Assembly: GCA_030141605.1 (NCBI GenBank)
Contig: JAQGDQ010000084.1
Span: 625,681 to 689,680 of the forward strand
Source of the DNA: Tubiluchus corallicola
Lineage: Eukaryota; Animalia; Priapulida
Direction: 5' to 3'
DNA length: 64,000 bases
Below the pieces are notes generated by a model. The model saw only the letters and a list, made by a program, of their open reading frames with translations. It was not told the origin of the DNA and did not search any database. Below are positions 1 to 11,827 of this stretch, one piece after another. The translations under genes and the position numbers were made by a program. The number at the start of each line of letters is the position of its first letter. Positions within the stretch are counted from its first letter, which is position 1.

Positions 1-105
1 TCTTAACTACAACCCTCATGTGACATGTAGGTAAAGCAAAGCTGTCTGCCACATCAGTTCAGTAAACTTCAATTGCTTTACGTGAAATTTACTTAATTAT
101 GCATT
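1..105. mobile_element. Partial copy of MITE family A (reverse orientation)
   Basis: Reverse complement matches 56990-57090 and 27270-27380 (ttaagtaaa..tgctttacc..catgtcac..gtagttaaga). Confidence 0.7.
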
Positions 106-1348
106 CATCTGTGCGTAGAGTCATTTATTAGCAGGATTTTAAAATGAGAAAAAGAAAAAATGAACTAACACAAGTGTAAAAGATTTAACGAATTCATCGT
201 GTTTTGCTAAAAACTTTCAATGGAGAGCCTAAAGGTTTTGCCTTAGATTTAATCAGACAAACCAGCATTTCTAAATGCACATTGAAATGACAAATGAGTC
301 TGCACATTGTACGGCATTAACAAATCACAGTTGACCAACAAAATGATACGCTAAAATATGGTTGTAATTAGTGGTAATTTGTGCTTAGTGTTTTACCTGT
401 AGTGCAGACATAGATTCTGTATTTATTTTGTGACTTTCTTTAATCAGTGCTTGCATTACAAATGAGAAAATAAGAATTTTGTTTTGTGGTTTTTTTCCTA
501 TTTGTTTTTATCTTTCACCTTAAAGTTATGCGCAGCATTTTAATGACGGCGTGTCTTTCAATTTTATTCTCTTGAATTTTTTACTTAACGTTGCTGTTAT
601 AGCTTGTATAGGCAGTTTTCCATCTGTGTTTATTCTACTCTGTCCTAGATTTTCTTCCATTTTTGCAAAATGTAAATGTGTGAATGTGAATGATTTATGT
701 ACTGGTATGTACTTGAAACTGTGTGCTGTAATAAATGGTCTTAGACTGTTTAGCAATGATCAATAATGCGCGGACATTCCACGTAGTTTTGTTTGCCGCT
801 TCTCGCATGATGATAGGCTAACACAACTTACTTACATGTAAAGTCTATACCTCTATAGAGCGGCGGGTGACAACAATACCTGGAACAGCCACGAAATTTC
901 TCAAACTCAAAGACAATGGATGTTCCAAATAGCATGCAGCACAGGGGGGTAGAAAAAGAACTTAGAAATACACCCCTCACATTTCGTAAAGTATACATCT
1001 CTCCCAACAAAACCTTCAACATTTTGTAGACCGGTTCGTCCTCTTTCTGCGTGTGTGCCTTTTCCCAACTTGCCCATACAGTTGCACAAATTGAGTTTTT
1101 CTAGAGACTGTTTGAGCAATTTTCAGCAAAATTTGTGTGGTTGGGTCCGGGAAAATTCCCGTAGCGGGCATTTGTGGCCCTCCCGTGAAATCTAAATATG
1201 ACTATTAAACCCACCGTTGAATGCGCTATTCAACCATTATCAGCACCGCCCTCGGCACGTTCCTGTTCTCTAGAAATAGGAGGTATAAGTATTCGTATTG
1301 GGTTAGATTTCATTGTTCTTGATTTAACGTAAATGTAACCGCTATTTT

Positions 1349-1937
1349 CGTAATGAACGTGATCCGTAATGCGTGATCTTTGATCCATAATGCGTGATGT
1401 GTATTGACTGTTTCCATGTGTCCATAAACGCTACATGAATTAGCAAAGCCCACGACGCTCTTTCTTGCCATTTTTGGTCACTATTCGTGAAATTGCAAGC
1501 AATAATTTTTGGAAACCATGTCTCTGGCGCACAAAATTTATGCGTGATAATTACGACTACGGTATTACACTGCTAGACGAAAGTTTTGGGTGCACAACAT
1601 TTTCCAGGAGAGAGAACAATATGGCAGGTATCATCATTTAGTGAAAGAACTGCAGTTAGATGCATAATACATATCTACATGCTTCTTCCACCTCTCAAAA
1701 ACTCGAATAGAAAAAACATTATTGTTTGTATGTCCTAGAGTGACTAAAACTCACCCAACCAGAATTTTCAGAAAGCCAAACTGCGAAAATGGTCACCGGA
1801 AACTTGAAAACTCGCTATAATCACCTAGGCAACGACGGTTTCCTGTCTGCGTATCGCTGAGTAATCGTATTCGGACAACAGCGATCATGTTCAAATGAAT
1901 ACGGATCACGCATCATGCATTACGGATTACGCATTAC
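1349..1937. mobile_element. Putative MITE with repetitive subterminal inverted repeats
   Basis: Left gtaatgaacgtgatccgtaatgcgtgatc is inverted relative to right gatcacgcatcatgcattacggattacgcattac; no ORF inside. Confidence 0.45.
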
Positions 1938-2068
1938 ATATACATGGAAACACTTCTACATGTTTAAATACAAACTGTTGTACACACATTATGGATAACA
2001 CATTGCGCACACATGGAGTCGTACAGAAATAAGAACGATTTATGTTCTTTATTGCTACTAGTTTGCAG

Positions 2069-2215
2069 TATGCGAAAAGTAGTGATTTCACAGACAAAGA
2101 GTACCAGAACAAACTCCCGCTCCACGCCAGGTCTACAGCTTCAACTGCGGTTAAGAGCAACCTTCGTAGTTCAGAATGTATCCAGTATCCAAGCATAGAT
2201 GTTGGTCAACAGAAG
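2069..2215 (+). CDS. Internal coding exon of an unidentified gene (YAKSSDFTDK...YPSIDVGQQK)
   Basis: ttgcag acceptor, 147 nt open frame, AAG|gtac donor; phase 0 joins in frame to 2792. Confidence 0.45.
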
Positions 2216-2791
2216 GTACACGAAATGCTAGTAAATTTAAGCATTTTAGGAAAGTATTAATAATTACAGTTAATAAAATTTCGCAAGTATTAATCTTGAT
2301 GTTACAAAAACAATGTTTGACAGTATCTAATGATATCTCGATACTTTTTTCAATATCGTGTAATGTAACATGGTACTTCACTAAACCATTATGCGATGAT
2401 GTTCCTTTAGTCTTTTTATGATCTTCCCCCAATGCTGCCATGGCCATTGAATGCATAATTTATTGTAAGATAAACTATTAACTACTCTATGACTACATCA
2501 GTACACGTGTCTCACCCAACGAATTTGAAACACCTCAGTTTGCAATTGTGCGCATGTAAGGCGAGAAAAATAAAGAAAAACACAAACATTCCTTGTGCTA
2601 AAATATTGCCTTTTAGTCAGCATGTAACACGTATATTCTGCTGTCAGTTAATTGAATTACTGTTCAATTGCAGATTATATCGATTCATACATAGTTGTAA
2701 TCGCAATTAATTCGATTAATCTATTAGTCGCCCATCATTAAACCACGTGGTCCACTAACTTAGAACTTAAACATTTTTCCTTGCATTTTAG

Positions 2792-3079
2792 GCAGAGGCC
2801 ATTATCAAAACACACAGTGAGCTCAAACAACATGCAAAAGACATATTTCCGGCAAGGTATAAAGTACCCCGGAGTGTTCGATCTCCTCTGTGCCACGGAA
2901 AAAGTGCACCAATTCTAGACGATTCTGAGGAGACGAAGACACCGACTTCTGCAGTAATGACTTGCAGCTCCAGTGACGTTTTAATACAAACGTTGAAACA
3001 TAGCGAGACGAAAAAGCGCTCCATTTTGCGGCATACTATCGTAACTGCTGTTGAAAATGAACCAAAGGACAATTCATAG
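2792..3079 (+). CDS. Terminal coding exon of the same unidentified gene (AEAIIKTHSELKQHAKDIFPARY...EPKDNS*)
   Basis: Strong acceptor tttttccttgcattttag; 96 codons open to TAG; AATAAA near 3349; no recognisable domain. Confidence 0.55.
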   Translation, partial: AEAIIKTHSELKQHAKDIFPARYKVPRSVRSPLCHGKSAPILDDSEETKTPTSAVMTCSSSDVLIQTLKHSETKKRSILRHTIVTAVENEPKDNS

Positions 3080-4289
3080 CAGGAAAGGAAAAATTTGAAT
3101 ATTAGTATTTCTTACTTTCATCTGACACAGATTGAAGAGAATTCTATGAATCACTGTGCCAATTTTAAGCACACTTTACATGCTTTGCGGTGCTTTCATT
3201 TTAAGCATAAACACTTTCTGTAATTTGCATAAATTATAGAGAAAAATGTTATTATTTTAAAATATACAATTGTGATAAATCGTGTATAACTAATATGTTG
3301 AACTTGAACCCTATATATATATATATATATATATGATTATGTTATGTAAATAAAAATTCTTTCTTTTACAAGTTATAAGTGATTTTAAGACTGGATTGAA
3401 ACAAACAAATACTGTGCTGTGACTGCATCATTAATCGTACAATCCTCAGCAGTTCATTAAGTACAAAAATCTTGAAATTTTTCAGTTTTTGACAAATTTG
3501 AAAAAACTTTACCATCACCTTAAGGATAAATTGAAAGTTTACCATTTCCTGTTTAAAAAAGACAAATCAAACAATAACTTAACTTTTGTTGCGGAGTTCG
3601 GAGGAACTCGCGTTGATGTTTGAACTGAATTTCAACTTTAAGTTTTTTGTAGAGTTAGAGAATGGAAACTGCATGTGGTGACAAATATTAAAAATGCCAA
3701 AAATTATTTTGTGTTAGAATGCGATTTCTTATAATTTAGTCTAATGCTGTATGTGTGTTACAATGCCACGTAGACACACGAACCCAAACTATCATTTTTC
3801 ATACCTTTGGTCCTCCGCTAACCTAATGATGCAGATTAGTTGATGCTGAAACCATCCCACATTTCGAATATACCCAGTCACAGCCAAAAAATAACCACAG
3901 ACGCTTTATCTCTTTTGCAAAAACAAAATGTTTACCCTTAGATCATACCCAACTGTCACTTCAAGTGTTGCGTGTTAGCCAAGATTCTACGCCTAGCATA
4001 GCAGAATACTAAGCAGACAGAGAACACATAAATTACCAGATTTGTAGAAAAACGCATCGTTTGTGTTATCTTGAAGCCAAAGAACTGCTCAGAAGACTTA
4101 TCATAAAATTGCATTCCGTACTCATGTTCAATTATGAAAACCACATTTTATTGTGTTTATTTTTGAAATCAGAACTGCTTAATATCCCAACATGAAATTT
4201 GGTTCTGTTAAATTAACTTTTTTTAGTTGGAATAAATTCCTGTTATGATAGCTACGAATATCAAAGTCTATTGGTGCTGGCTGCCACTC

Positions 4290-4727
4290 CAGCGGTGGAT
4301 ACAGGCTTTACAAAAAGGGTGGGCCCAATGAAAAAGCAGCTAGGGGGTCTGGGAAATTGATGTATTTTACTGTATTTTAGATCATTTTTCTTGCTGTTTC
4401 CTCAAGCAAATTCAATAGTTTGAAACTCATTATGTCACATCAAACTTTTGACTCGTAATTACATACCACCAATATACTAGTATACACACTAGTATAGCAT
4501 ATAACTGCACACAGCGATATCTTTGCCAAAACTTCAATTATCACTTAAAGGGCACAAACGTTTTTACACTGAAATCATTAATGCAGAACTTTTTTATGAG
4601 TCATTAAATGCTACCACTGAACGTTCTAACGCTTATAATCCAGAGAAAACATTCACTAAGTGTGTGTAACTGCTACTACAAAAGGGTGGACCCAGGCCTC
4701 TTTGGCCCACCCCTAAATCCGCCACTG
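4290..4727. mobile_element. hAT-like non-autonomous element
   Basis: Imperfect TIRs cagcggtggat ... atccgccactg, with subterminal gggtgggccc/ggcccaccc; no clean TSD seen. Confidence 0.55.
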
Positions 4728-6469
4728 CATTCCCTATCTGTCCTACTCCCCCTTTCAAAAATTTTATTCCTGTGTCCTGCAAACTCAGAAATTAGGAATA
4801 AGAATGGACTAAATTACAAAATCAACATTAAATTTCTATAAATAGATAGTACTTTGTGATTTCCTTATTTGCTGCTTATCCTTTGCTTAGGTACAGAAGT
4901 TTGGTACATAAGTAAGACTTAGATAAGAGAAGTGCCCTGCAACATTGCTAAATAATGGAAATGAAAACGCAATTACCAGTCTCTGATAACCAGTAACTCT
5001 GCAAACTATCTAAGCATCTACTGGACTTGTTCACCTCTGCTCTCTCATTGAAGTTTGCTTTGGCAGAACTTGTCCATAACACTGATTCAGTGCTATTTAT
5101 GCATCTTCTTAATTAAGCAGCATTGTGATCTAAAACAAAGTCAATCGAATAGTTATTTAAAATCTTAATATCAAGTGTATCATTAATAAAAGTACAAACC
5201 CGCTGGAACCAAAATTAAAAAATAGTAAAGTTGAAAATTTGGAACACGGTCAGCAATTTATGAGATTAAAATGTTTAATAAACATTTATCGTTAATAAAC
5301 ATAGACGTTAAATTTTGTCTTACAATTATTTTCTTTGCAAATCTAATTCATCATCAACATTACTACCAATGGATACAATGTCATCATTAGCATCAATTTA
5401 TTAGTCTGTCATCACCATCGCCATGGTCATCAGCATTAATATCACTATCGTTGTCATCATCATCATCATCAACATCGTCATTATCATTTTCTCGCATCTG
5501 CTTACTTCGCTCCATTTAACATATTTTTTGTTGTTGTTTATATCATTAATTTAGTGTTATGTTGAGCGTAGCTTATAAGTTAATTTTTTCTGCAGTGCTC
5601 ATAGCACTGTAATGCATTGTTAATTTGTAATTTTATAACTTTTATTTTGTATGTGCTAAATGGCTGAATAAATAAATCTAATGATTTTAACTAGTAAGTA
5701 ATTTTTAACTAGTACTATTTTAACTATGCAACTAAAACGCTTCACGCAGCACTGTAGCCTGACGATGAAGAAATTATCAGTAGGAATAATAATTAACACT
5801 TATGACTCCATAAAAATCATTTAACTCATTAGATTCACTTCTCTTCAAGAACATATTCATAAATGAATTGAAGTTTTTCTATCAGGAATCAGTGGCTGGC
5901 TGGTAAGTCGCACGGGTAACCGTTTTACTGGCTTCGCACTGATTTCATTTCATCTTCTCCATTGTCAGCACAGATCAACTTTTCTGCAATAAGCTGCGCT
6001 TTATGATCTGCAAATATGTGTCCTCTAATATCCTATAATCATCGGCGTCGCCAGAGTTTAAAAAATTGACGAACAAGTAGCTAGAGGGTCTGGAGGAGTG
6101 CTGTAAGCTCTCCCTGCGGGGTCTGAGGTGGAGCCCCAACCACCAAGTTATTTTCCTGTATGTAAGCACAATTTGGAGGCCTTAAATGAGATCTAGATTC
6201 TGGTACACAGACTTCCTCAAACGTGAAAAATTCTGTTTTAATAAACATATTTTATCTACATTTACCGAGGTAATGTTCATTGTATTCTATTGCAGTAGTT
6301 ACATATCTTAAAAGCAAGTTCATAATACGCTGCAATGCAGATGACCCATTACTTAAGCTAAATTTATTTAGTGTCAAGATTATCTATGCAGCAAAATGTG
6401 GATAGTCAAACATAAAACTGATTTGAGACATTTAAGTTTACAGCCCCCGCCCACTAGACAATCTGCTAG

Positions 6470-6500
<31 letters not shown>

Positions 6501-6690
6501 ATTGTAAAGATTTGTAACAATGAAATAGTAACAACACATACATATATTAAAATACATAAATATTAGACATAACAATGCAAAAAACATAACAAAATAATTC
6601 CGTAGCAAATTTACAAAAGTATGATTTAAATTAACTCCGACAAAATTGATTCAAATTCGATTACAACAATGGGAAGAACCAACTGTGCTA

Positions 6691-7950
6691 TTAATCATAG
6701 CGTACAACAGATTGCAAAACTTTTGGACTATATTTAAACAAAGGAATAACCAAGCCAGTCATTAATATCAGCACAGCAAATGTTGCACTGTATCCGAAAA
6801 ATTCTGCGATTGACCCCACACACGAAGAAAATAACAACTTTCCTAGAACTTCCACAGTCGTTAGAACAGCGTAATGTGTGTTTCGCACATGATTAACAGA
6901 CTGTCGTGAACAGTGCATCATGATCGTAAATGTTGCCGTGGTAACTGCTCCGCTGTGAAACTGCAAAACGACAATGCAAAGTACTGAACTGATGGACAGC
7001 GTCAGTGGATTGGCCTGCGCATAGAGGGTTAGCGTAAGCATTCCGAACAAGGGTACTAATCTGACCAAACAATGGCGTTTTAAGGATGTTAGAAAAGACG
7101 CTTTTCTTACAGAAAGCAAAAAACCCCCATAAACTGAGCCAAATATGGATGAGGACATGCCAAGTATGCCTGTCCAAAAGTTTACTGATGTGCTAGATAC
7201 TCCAGCATCAATCAGAAACAATGGAAACAGCGATAAAGCACCTTGCGAACCAAGTTTATAAGTTAACACAAAGACTAACATCCAAAGTGTCCCGGGTGTT
7301 TGTGTCACACTTATATACACTCCAATCCATGTTTTCCAAAAACCCAAGTCGCTAGCCGTACGTACGTCATGGCCAGTATTCAATTTTTCGTTATTTGGAA
7401 AAGTTAGTTTGCATTTATAGGCTATTGCTAAGATGAAACTAAGAAAATAAAGAGAAGAAAGTAATAAGAAAGTGAAAAACCAGCCTAACCAATGTTCGCT
7501 GAATGTCATAAATAAGCCCCCAAACACTGCACCAACTTTATATGCAACGACCTGCACGGAATTTCCAAATCCAAGTTCAGCGTCTTTCAACATGTCAATT
7601 GCTAGTCCGTCTACTGCTATGTCTTGAACTGCCGTAGAAAGGTTTAAAACGAATAACACAAAACAGACAGTAGAAATCCGGTTCAAATCGGTCAGCGACA
7701 ACATAACGCACGACGCAGTCATAAGCAGTTTAGTCATCGACAACCACTGAAAGTGCGTCCCTCGTCGATCAACTAACGGTGCCCACAAACCCTTTAACAG
7801 CCAAGGAGACAGCAGTAATTTCATACCGCCGATCCTCGTCAGGGTGGAATTGCGAGTTCGCATATATGTAGGTAAAAAGTTTGATTGCAGTCCATATGGA
7901 ATGCCTTGTGAAAAGTAAAACCATGCCAGCAAGGCAATTTCTGTTCTCAT
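6691..7950 (-). CDS. MFSD3: Major facilitator superfamily domain-containing protein 3 (AmpG/acetyl-CoA transporter-like), intronless CDS, 419 aa
   Basis: Motifs YFSQGIPYGLQS, PWLLKGLWAPLVD, AVQDIAVDGLA, GNSVQVVAYKVG, LTYKLGSQG, GAVTTATFTIMM, THYAVLTTVEVLGKL; about 12 TM segments. First true ATG (catcATG) at 7950; the ORF track start is TTG. Confidence 0.92.
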   Translation of the reverse strand: MRTEIALLAWFYFSQGIPYGLQSNFLPTYMRTRNSTLTRIGGMKLLLSPWLLKGLWAPLVDRRGTHFQWLSMTKLLMTASCVMLSLTDLNRISTVCFVLFVLNLSTAVQDIAVDGLAIDMLKDAELGFGNSVQVVAYKVGAVFGGLFMTFSEHWLGWFFTFLLLSSLYFLSFILAIAYKCKLTFPNNEKLNTGHDVRTASDLGFWKTWIGVYISVTQTPGTLWMLVFVLTYKLGSQGALSLFPLFLIDAGVSSTSVNFWTGILGMSSSIFGSVYGGFLLSVRKASFLTSLKRHCLVRLVPLFGMLTLTLYAQANPLTLSISSVLCIVVLQFHSGAVTTATFTIMMHCSRQSVNHVRNTHYAVLTTVEVLGKLLFSSCVGSIAEFFGYSATFAVLILMTGLVIPLFKYSPKVLQSVVRYD

Positions 7951-8766
7951 GATGTAGTTCAAATCATTACTTACCCTGAAAAAGTAACATAATGAAATGA
8001 CAATAACTGTTAACAGTAACTTACCACAAGCAAATAGTGAAGCGAGAAATTGCTACCCCAAACAAATGTTTAAGTTTATTCTTGAAGGTATAAATGTTTT
8101 GGTCCATTACCCCTTCCCAAGGTATTATATGCATTAGAAACCACAATATGTTAGATTGTAATATAACAAGCTAGACTACTTTTCTACTGTTACATTGTAC
8201 AGGCAAAACTTGTTATGTATACACATCTCTGTTATGTTTAAAATTTAACCTGTGATCAGGCTGCAACTGGCTACCTTTTGCTGACATTCTTGAATTTCTG
8301 GACTCAATATTGGACCTACAATGTATGTATACATTCTAGTTTTCTTGTCTAGTGTAGTACTCTGTAAAATGTATAGTTCTAGTACATATTTCAATAGTTT
8401 GCAGAAATAATAGTTGTAGGTAACCAGTAAAAATGTTGTAGGCAAGAGCAAATTTGTATTTTTGCAGAATAAACAACTTAGCTATAGAAACGCAATACTG
8501 ATTTGAGCAAGTACATTATATTTATCAATCGCAGAGTTTTAAAAAATGAAGGTATTGCTGTTCAAAAGAAATGGTCAAATACACCCCTGATTGTCTACAT
8601 TAATTTTTGGCAGATGCCACAGCCTTGGGTTCAAGACTATAATTATAATATATACCGTACCACACCCACATGCAGATTTAAATACCTCACATGCAAAACA
8701 GATTTTTTTGCATAGACATATTTATACAAAAAAATCTCTTCTGCATATAAGGTATATATATTGATA

Positions 8767-9480
8767 CAGTATTAAGACGCTGTTTATTAGACTCACGCTT
8801 AATAGAATCAGTCGCCTAATTGACTATAAAAACACCTGGCATGGGTGGTTTCACTAAAAACACCTGGCATGGGTGGTTTCACTAAAAACATCTGGCATGG
8901 GTGGTTTCACTAAAACCATCTGGCATGGGTGGTTTCACTAAAAACACCTGGCATGGGTGGTTTCACTAAAAACATCTGGCATGGGTAGTTTCACTAAAAA
9001 CATCTGGCATAGGTCGTTTCACTAAAAACATCTGGCATAGGTCGTTTCACTAAAAACATCTGGCATGGGTGGTTTCACTAAAACGATCTGGCATGGGTGG
9101 TTTCACTAAAACCAACTGGCATAGGGGGTTTCACTAAAACATCTGGCATGGGTCCTTTCACTAAAACCATTTGGCATGGGTGGTTTCACTAAAAACATCT
9201 GGCATGGGTGGTTTCACTAAAAACATCTGGCATGGGTGGTTTCACTAAAAACATCTGGCATGGGTCCTTTCACTAAAACCATTTGGCATGAGTGGTTTCA
9301 CTAAAAACATCTGGCATGCGTTGTTTCAGTAAAAACATCTGGCATGGGTGGTTTCACTAAAAACATTTGGCCTGGGTGGTTTCACTAAAAACATCTATTC
9401 AAATGTATATAGAAATCATTGGCAATTAGCTCAAACAACTCTGCACAACTGATTTGATATTCTTGCTTCACATACTAAAA
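8767..9480. mobile_element. pogo/Tigger-like MITE family E fragment carrying an internal minisatellite
   Basis: TA|cagt terminus; the sequence either side of the array matches the reverse complement of 34040-34172 and 34930-35081. Confidence 0.65.
8828..9396. repeat. 28-bp minisatellite (aaaaacatctggcatgggtggtttcact), about 20 copies
   Basis: Contiguous head-to-tail units, period 28, no spacers. Confidence 0.95.
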
Positions 9481-10387
9481 TAAAACACCTGTGTACGCTC
9501 ATGGAGTTTTTGTGACTTTTACATCGTCTTTGTTTACTTTTCTATACTATAATCTGCGCATAGAAATAAACGTTAGTGCCTTTTTGTTGGTAAGCAGGTA
9601 TGTTTATTACGTGCTAATATGCTAACGTAGCAGTAACTTTTTGTAACTTTTAGTTTAAAGAAACAGACTTGTAAGATTTAGATAAGATACAAGACGTATT
9701 TATTTCACACATATGATAGAATACAAATTAGCCACTAATAAAACTATTTTTTCTAGAAGAAAATGTGTGAGGGCAGCGTACGACAATAACAGTCCTAAAA
9801 AGCACTGCCCTTATATATTGCTCATTTATAGAATTTAGTTTTGGTGGCTCGGCTCTACGTAAAACAGGTCGTCATTAGAAAAATAATATTAGTATATTTT
9901 TATAGGCCTATTATATAATTCAAATGCATGTTAATCGATATGAATAATTATTGGAATAAGACACATGACAATGATGGGCAAGTAGAATCACGTCTCCAGA
10001 TCAGTAAACTCAATCACAAAGGTGTCACAAAACTAAGGTATGAAACAAAACTAATCTTCAATGTATTACTGCTCGAAATAAATAGTTCGGTTTAATTTCG
10101 GGTATTGATGAGAATGAAATGTAAGTAATAGTTACTTGTATTATATTTATACTTAGAAAAGTATCATTTTTCATTTTCTTTTTTTATTATTTCACTTATA
10201 TAAATTAACATTTTTTAATAACTGCATTGGAATTTAGGCATTACTTTGTCACTAAAATTCATTAAAAGCCTATTTTATATGAGCAACTACCGGTACTGTG
10301 CCATCATCGTTGCTGCAGTTAAATTATTGGCAATCAACATATAATATTCGAACTTACTCACGACATTCTGTAATCGTGATGCAGATA

Positions 10388-10859
10388 CAGTTAACCTTGG
10401 GTATAAGGTACTTGCTTATAAGGGACAACCAACACCGGCCCCGACTTTTCGTAATGTTTTTCCTATGTAAAAATTTTCGTATATAAGGTACTCGGATATA
10501 AGGGACTTTCAGTTATAAGGGACGATATCTTCAGGTCCCGCGTAATAAAAACCCAGGTAAATTACCTTGCATATAAGGGACTCTATGATCAAAGGAAATT
10601 GATCAATTTTTAACCTCAATTTTTCGCAAACTCGGCCTCCGAACAGCTCGGTTTCCATGGTCACACACATCTAGCATCACTGAAGGAGCTTCCTACATAC
10701 CGTTTGCACTGAATGTGTAGCAACAATCCATAAAAACATGGGTAAAAGTACAGGTCTAGATACACCCTCAGTCTGACTCAACTTTGGCTATAGGGGATAT
10801 CGGATATAATGGTCAAGTTTTTTCTGTCCCGAGGTGTCCCTTATATTCGAGGTTGGCTG
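10388..10859 (+). mobile_element. pogo/Tigger-like MITE family D
   Basis: TA flanks, TIRs cagttaacct...aggttggctg; homologous to 12945-13427 (inverted) and 33281-33579. Confidence 0.85.
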
Positions 10860-11028
10860 TATGTCCTAGATACAAGAGACACATTTCTGGGACGTTTAGG
10901 GACAACTAATCACTTAAATAGGTCTGTCTTGGTAATTAGGTCTAACATTTATAATTTTCATCAAATTTACTTCAAGAATAATGGTGGAATTAACATACCA
11001 CAAAGGAAGGAAATGTGAAATATGGGAC

Positions 11029-11827
11029 CAAGCCTGAATCTAAATCAACCTGAAAGCACGCTAGCATCTGCCATTTAATAAATAACAATTTTTTAATATA
11101 GCACAGCTAGTGACCATAGACACCCATTGAAAAGGATTATTCAGATCAGTGGTTATGTGATAAGCCGTCCTCCTCTAGGTTTCTTCTCAGTTATTAGTAC
11201 TTGATGTAATGCTGTAGTAAGTGGAGAATTCCATGGTACTCTAAAGACGTCCAATCTATCTATACCCATATCTATACGACGCGTCTGTATGGCACCAATG
11301 CATTCTTTCTTGTTCGTAAAATTGTATAGCATCTAATTTGAAATTATCTCTGGCCAATATATACACGTTTTTCTATACAGACGCCTTTGGAAGGCGTCGA
11401 AACCCCTTCCTTGGGCAACTTTGACTGTCCACAATTTAGAATTATACAACTACAACTTACAAGTTCTGCAAAATGATGATAAAATATGTGGTTTAGTTTC
11501 TGTTGTGAGATTCGGATTTTCGAAGATGCTTATAAGCTGGTAATATGCAGCCAAAGCTAATATTTGGCACTTTCAGTCAATACTAAGCTGACCAGATTCA
11601 GATATTTCATACAGATATTTACAGGTGACAACTGAACTGACCACCGATACCGGTTACTACCAATAACGGCTACCTTCACTTCCAGGCGTTTTATCATATT
11701 TGGTTTTATTGCCTTATAAGTTATGGCCACAGCCACACGAGCCTTCACAATCATTGGAATTTGAAAGTGACACTGACTGTACTAAAGTAATAATCAGCAC
11801 TAAGGTAGCAATATTATATGACAACAT
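11029..11827 (-). pseudogene. Decayed prenylcysteine oxidase (PCYOX1)-like pseudogene, apparently intronless
   Basis: Colinear remnants across stops and frameshifts: signal peptide MLSYNIATLVLIITLVQSVSL, KVAVIGS/GIGG Rossmann motif (11640-11676), KYLYEISESGQLSID, YRYG (~11270), LRRNLEEDGLS, MGVYGH, DSGL. These parallel recalled PCYOX1 KIAIIGAGIGG..WRYG..LQKAGFS..VNYGQ..DSGLW. Confidence 0.5.

Noticed and set aside
1495-1520. Sm-site-like AATTTTTGGAA suggesting an SL RNA or snRNA gene
   Set aside because: No suitably placed splice donor or stem-loops; lies within a putative MITE.
8828-9396. CRISPR-like array of 28-bp repeats
   Set aside because: Units are contiguous with no unique spacers, there are no cas genes, the context is eukaryotic, and the unit derives from a MITE.
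11029-11827. Recoded (selenocysteine/readthrough) functional gene
   Set aside because: Interruptions include TAA, TAG and several frameshifts, consistent with decay.
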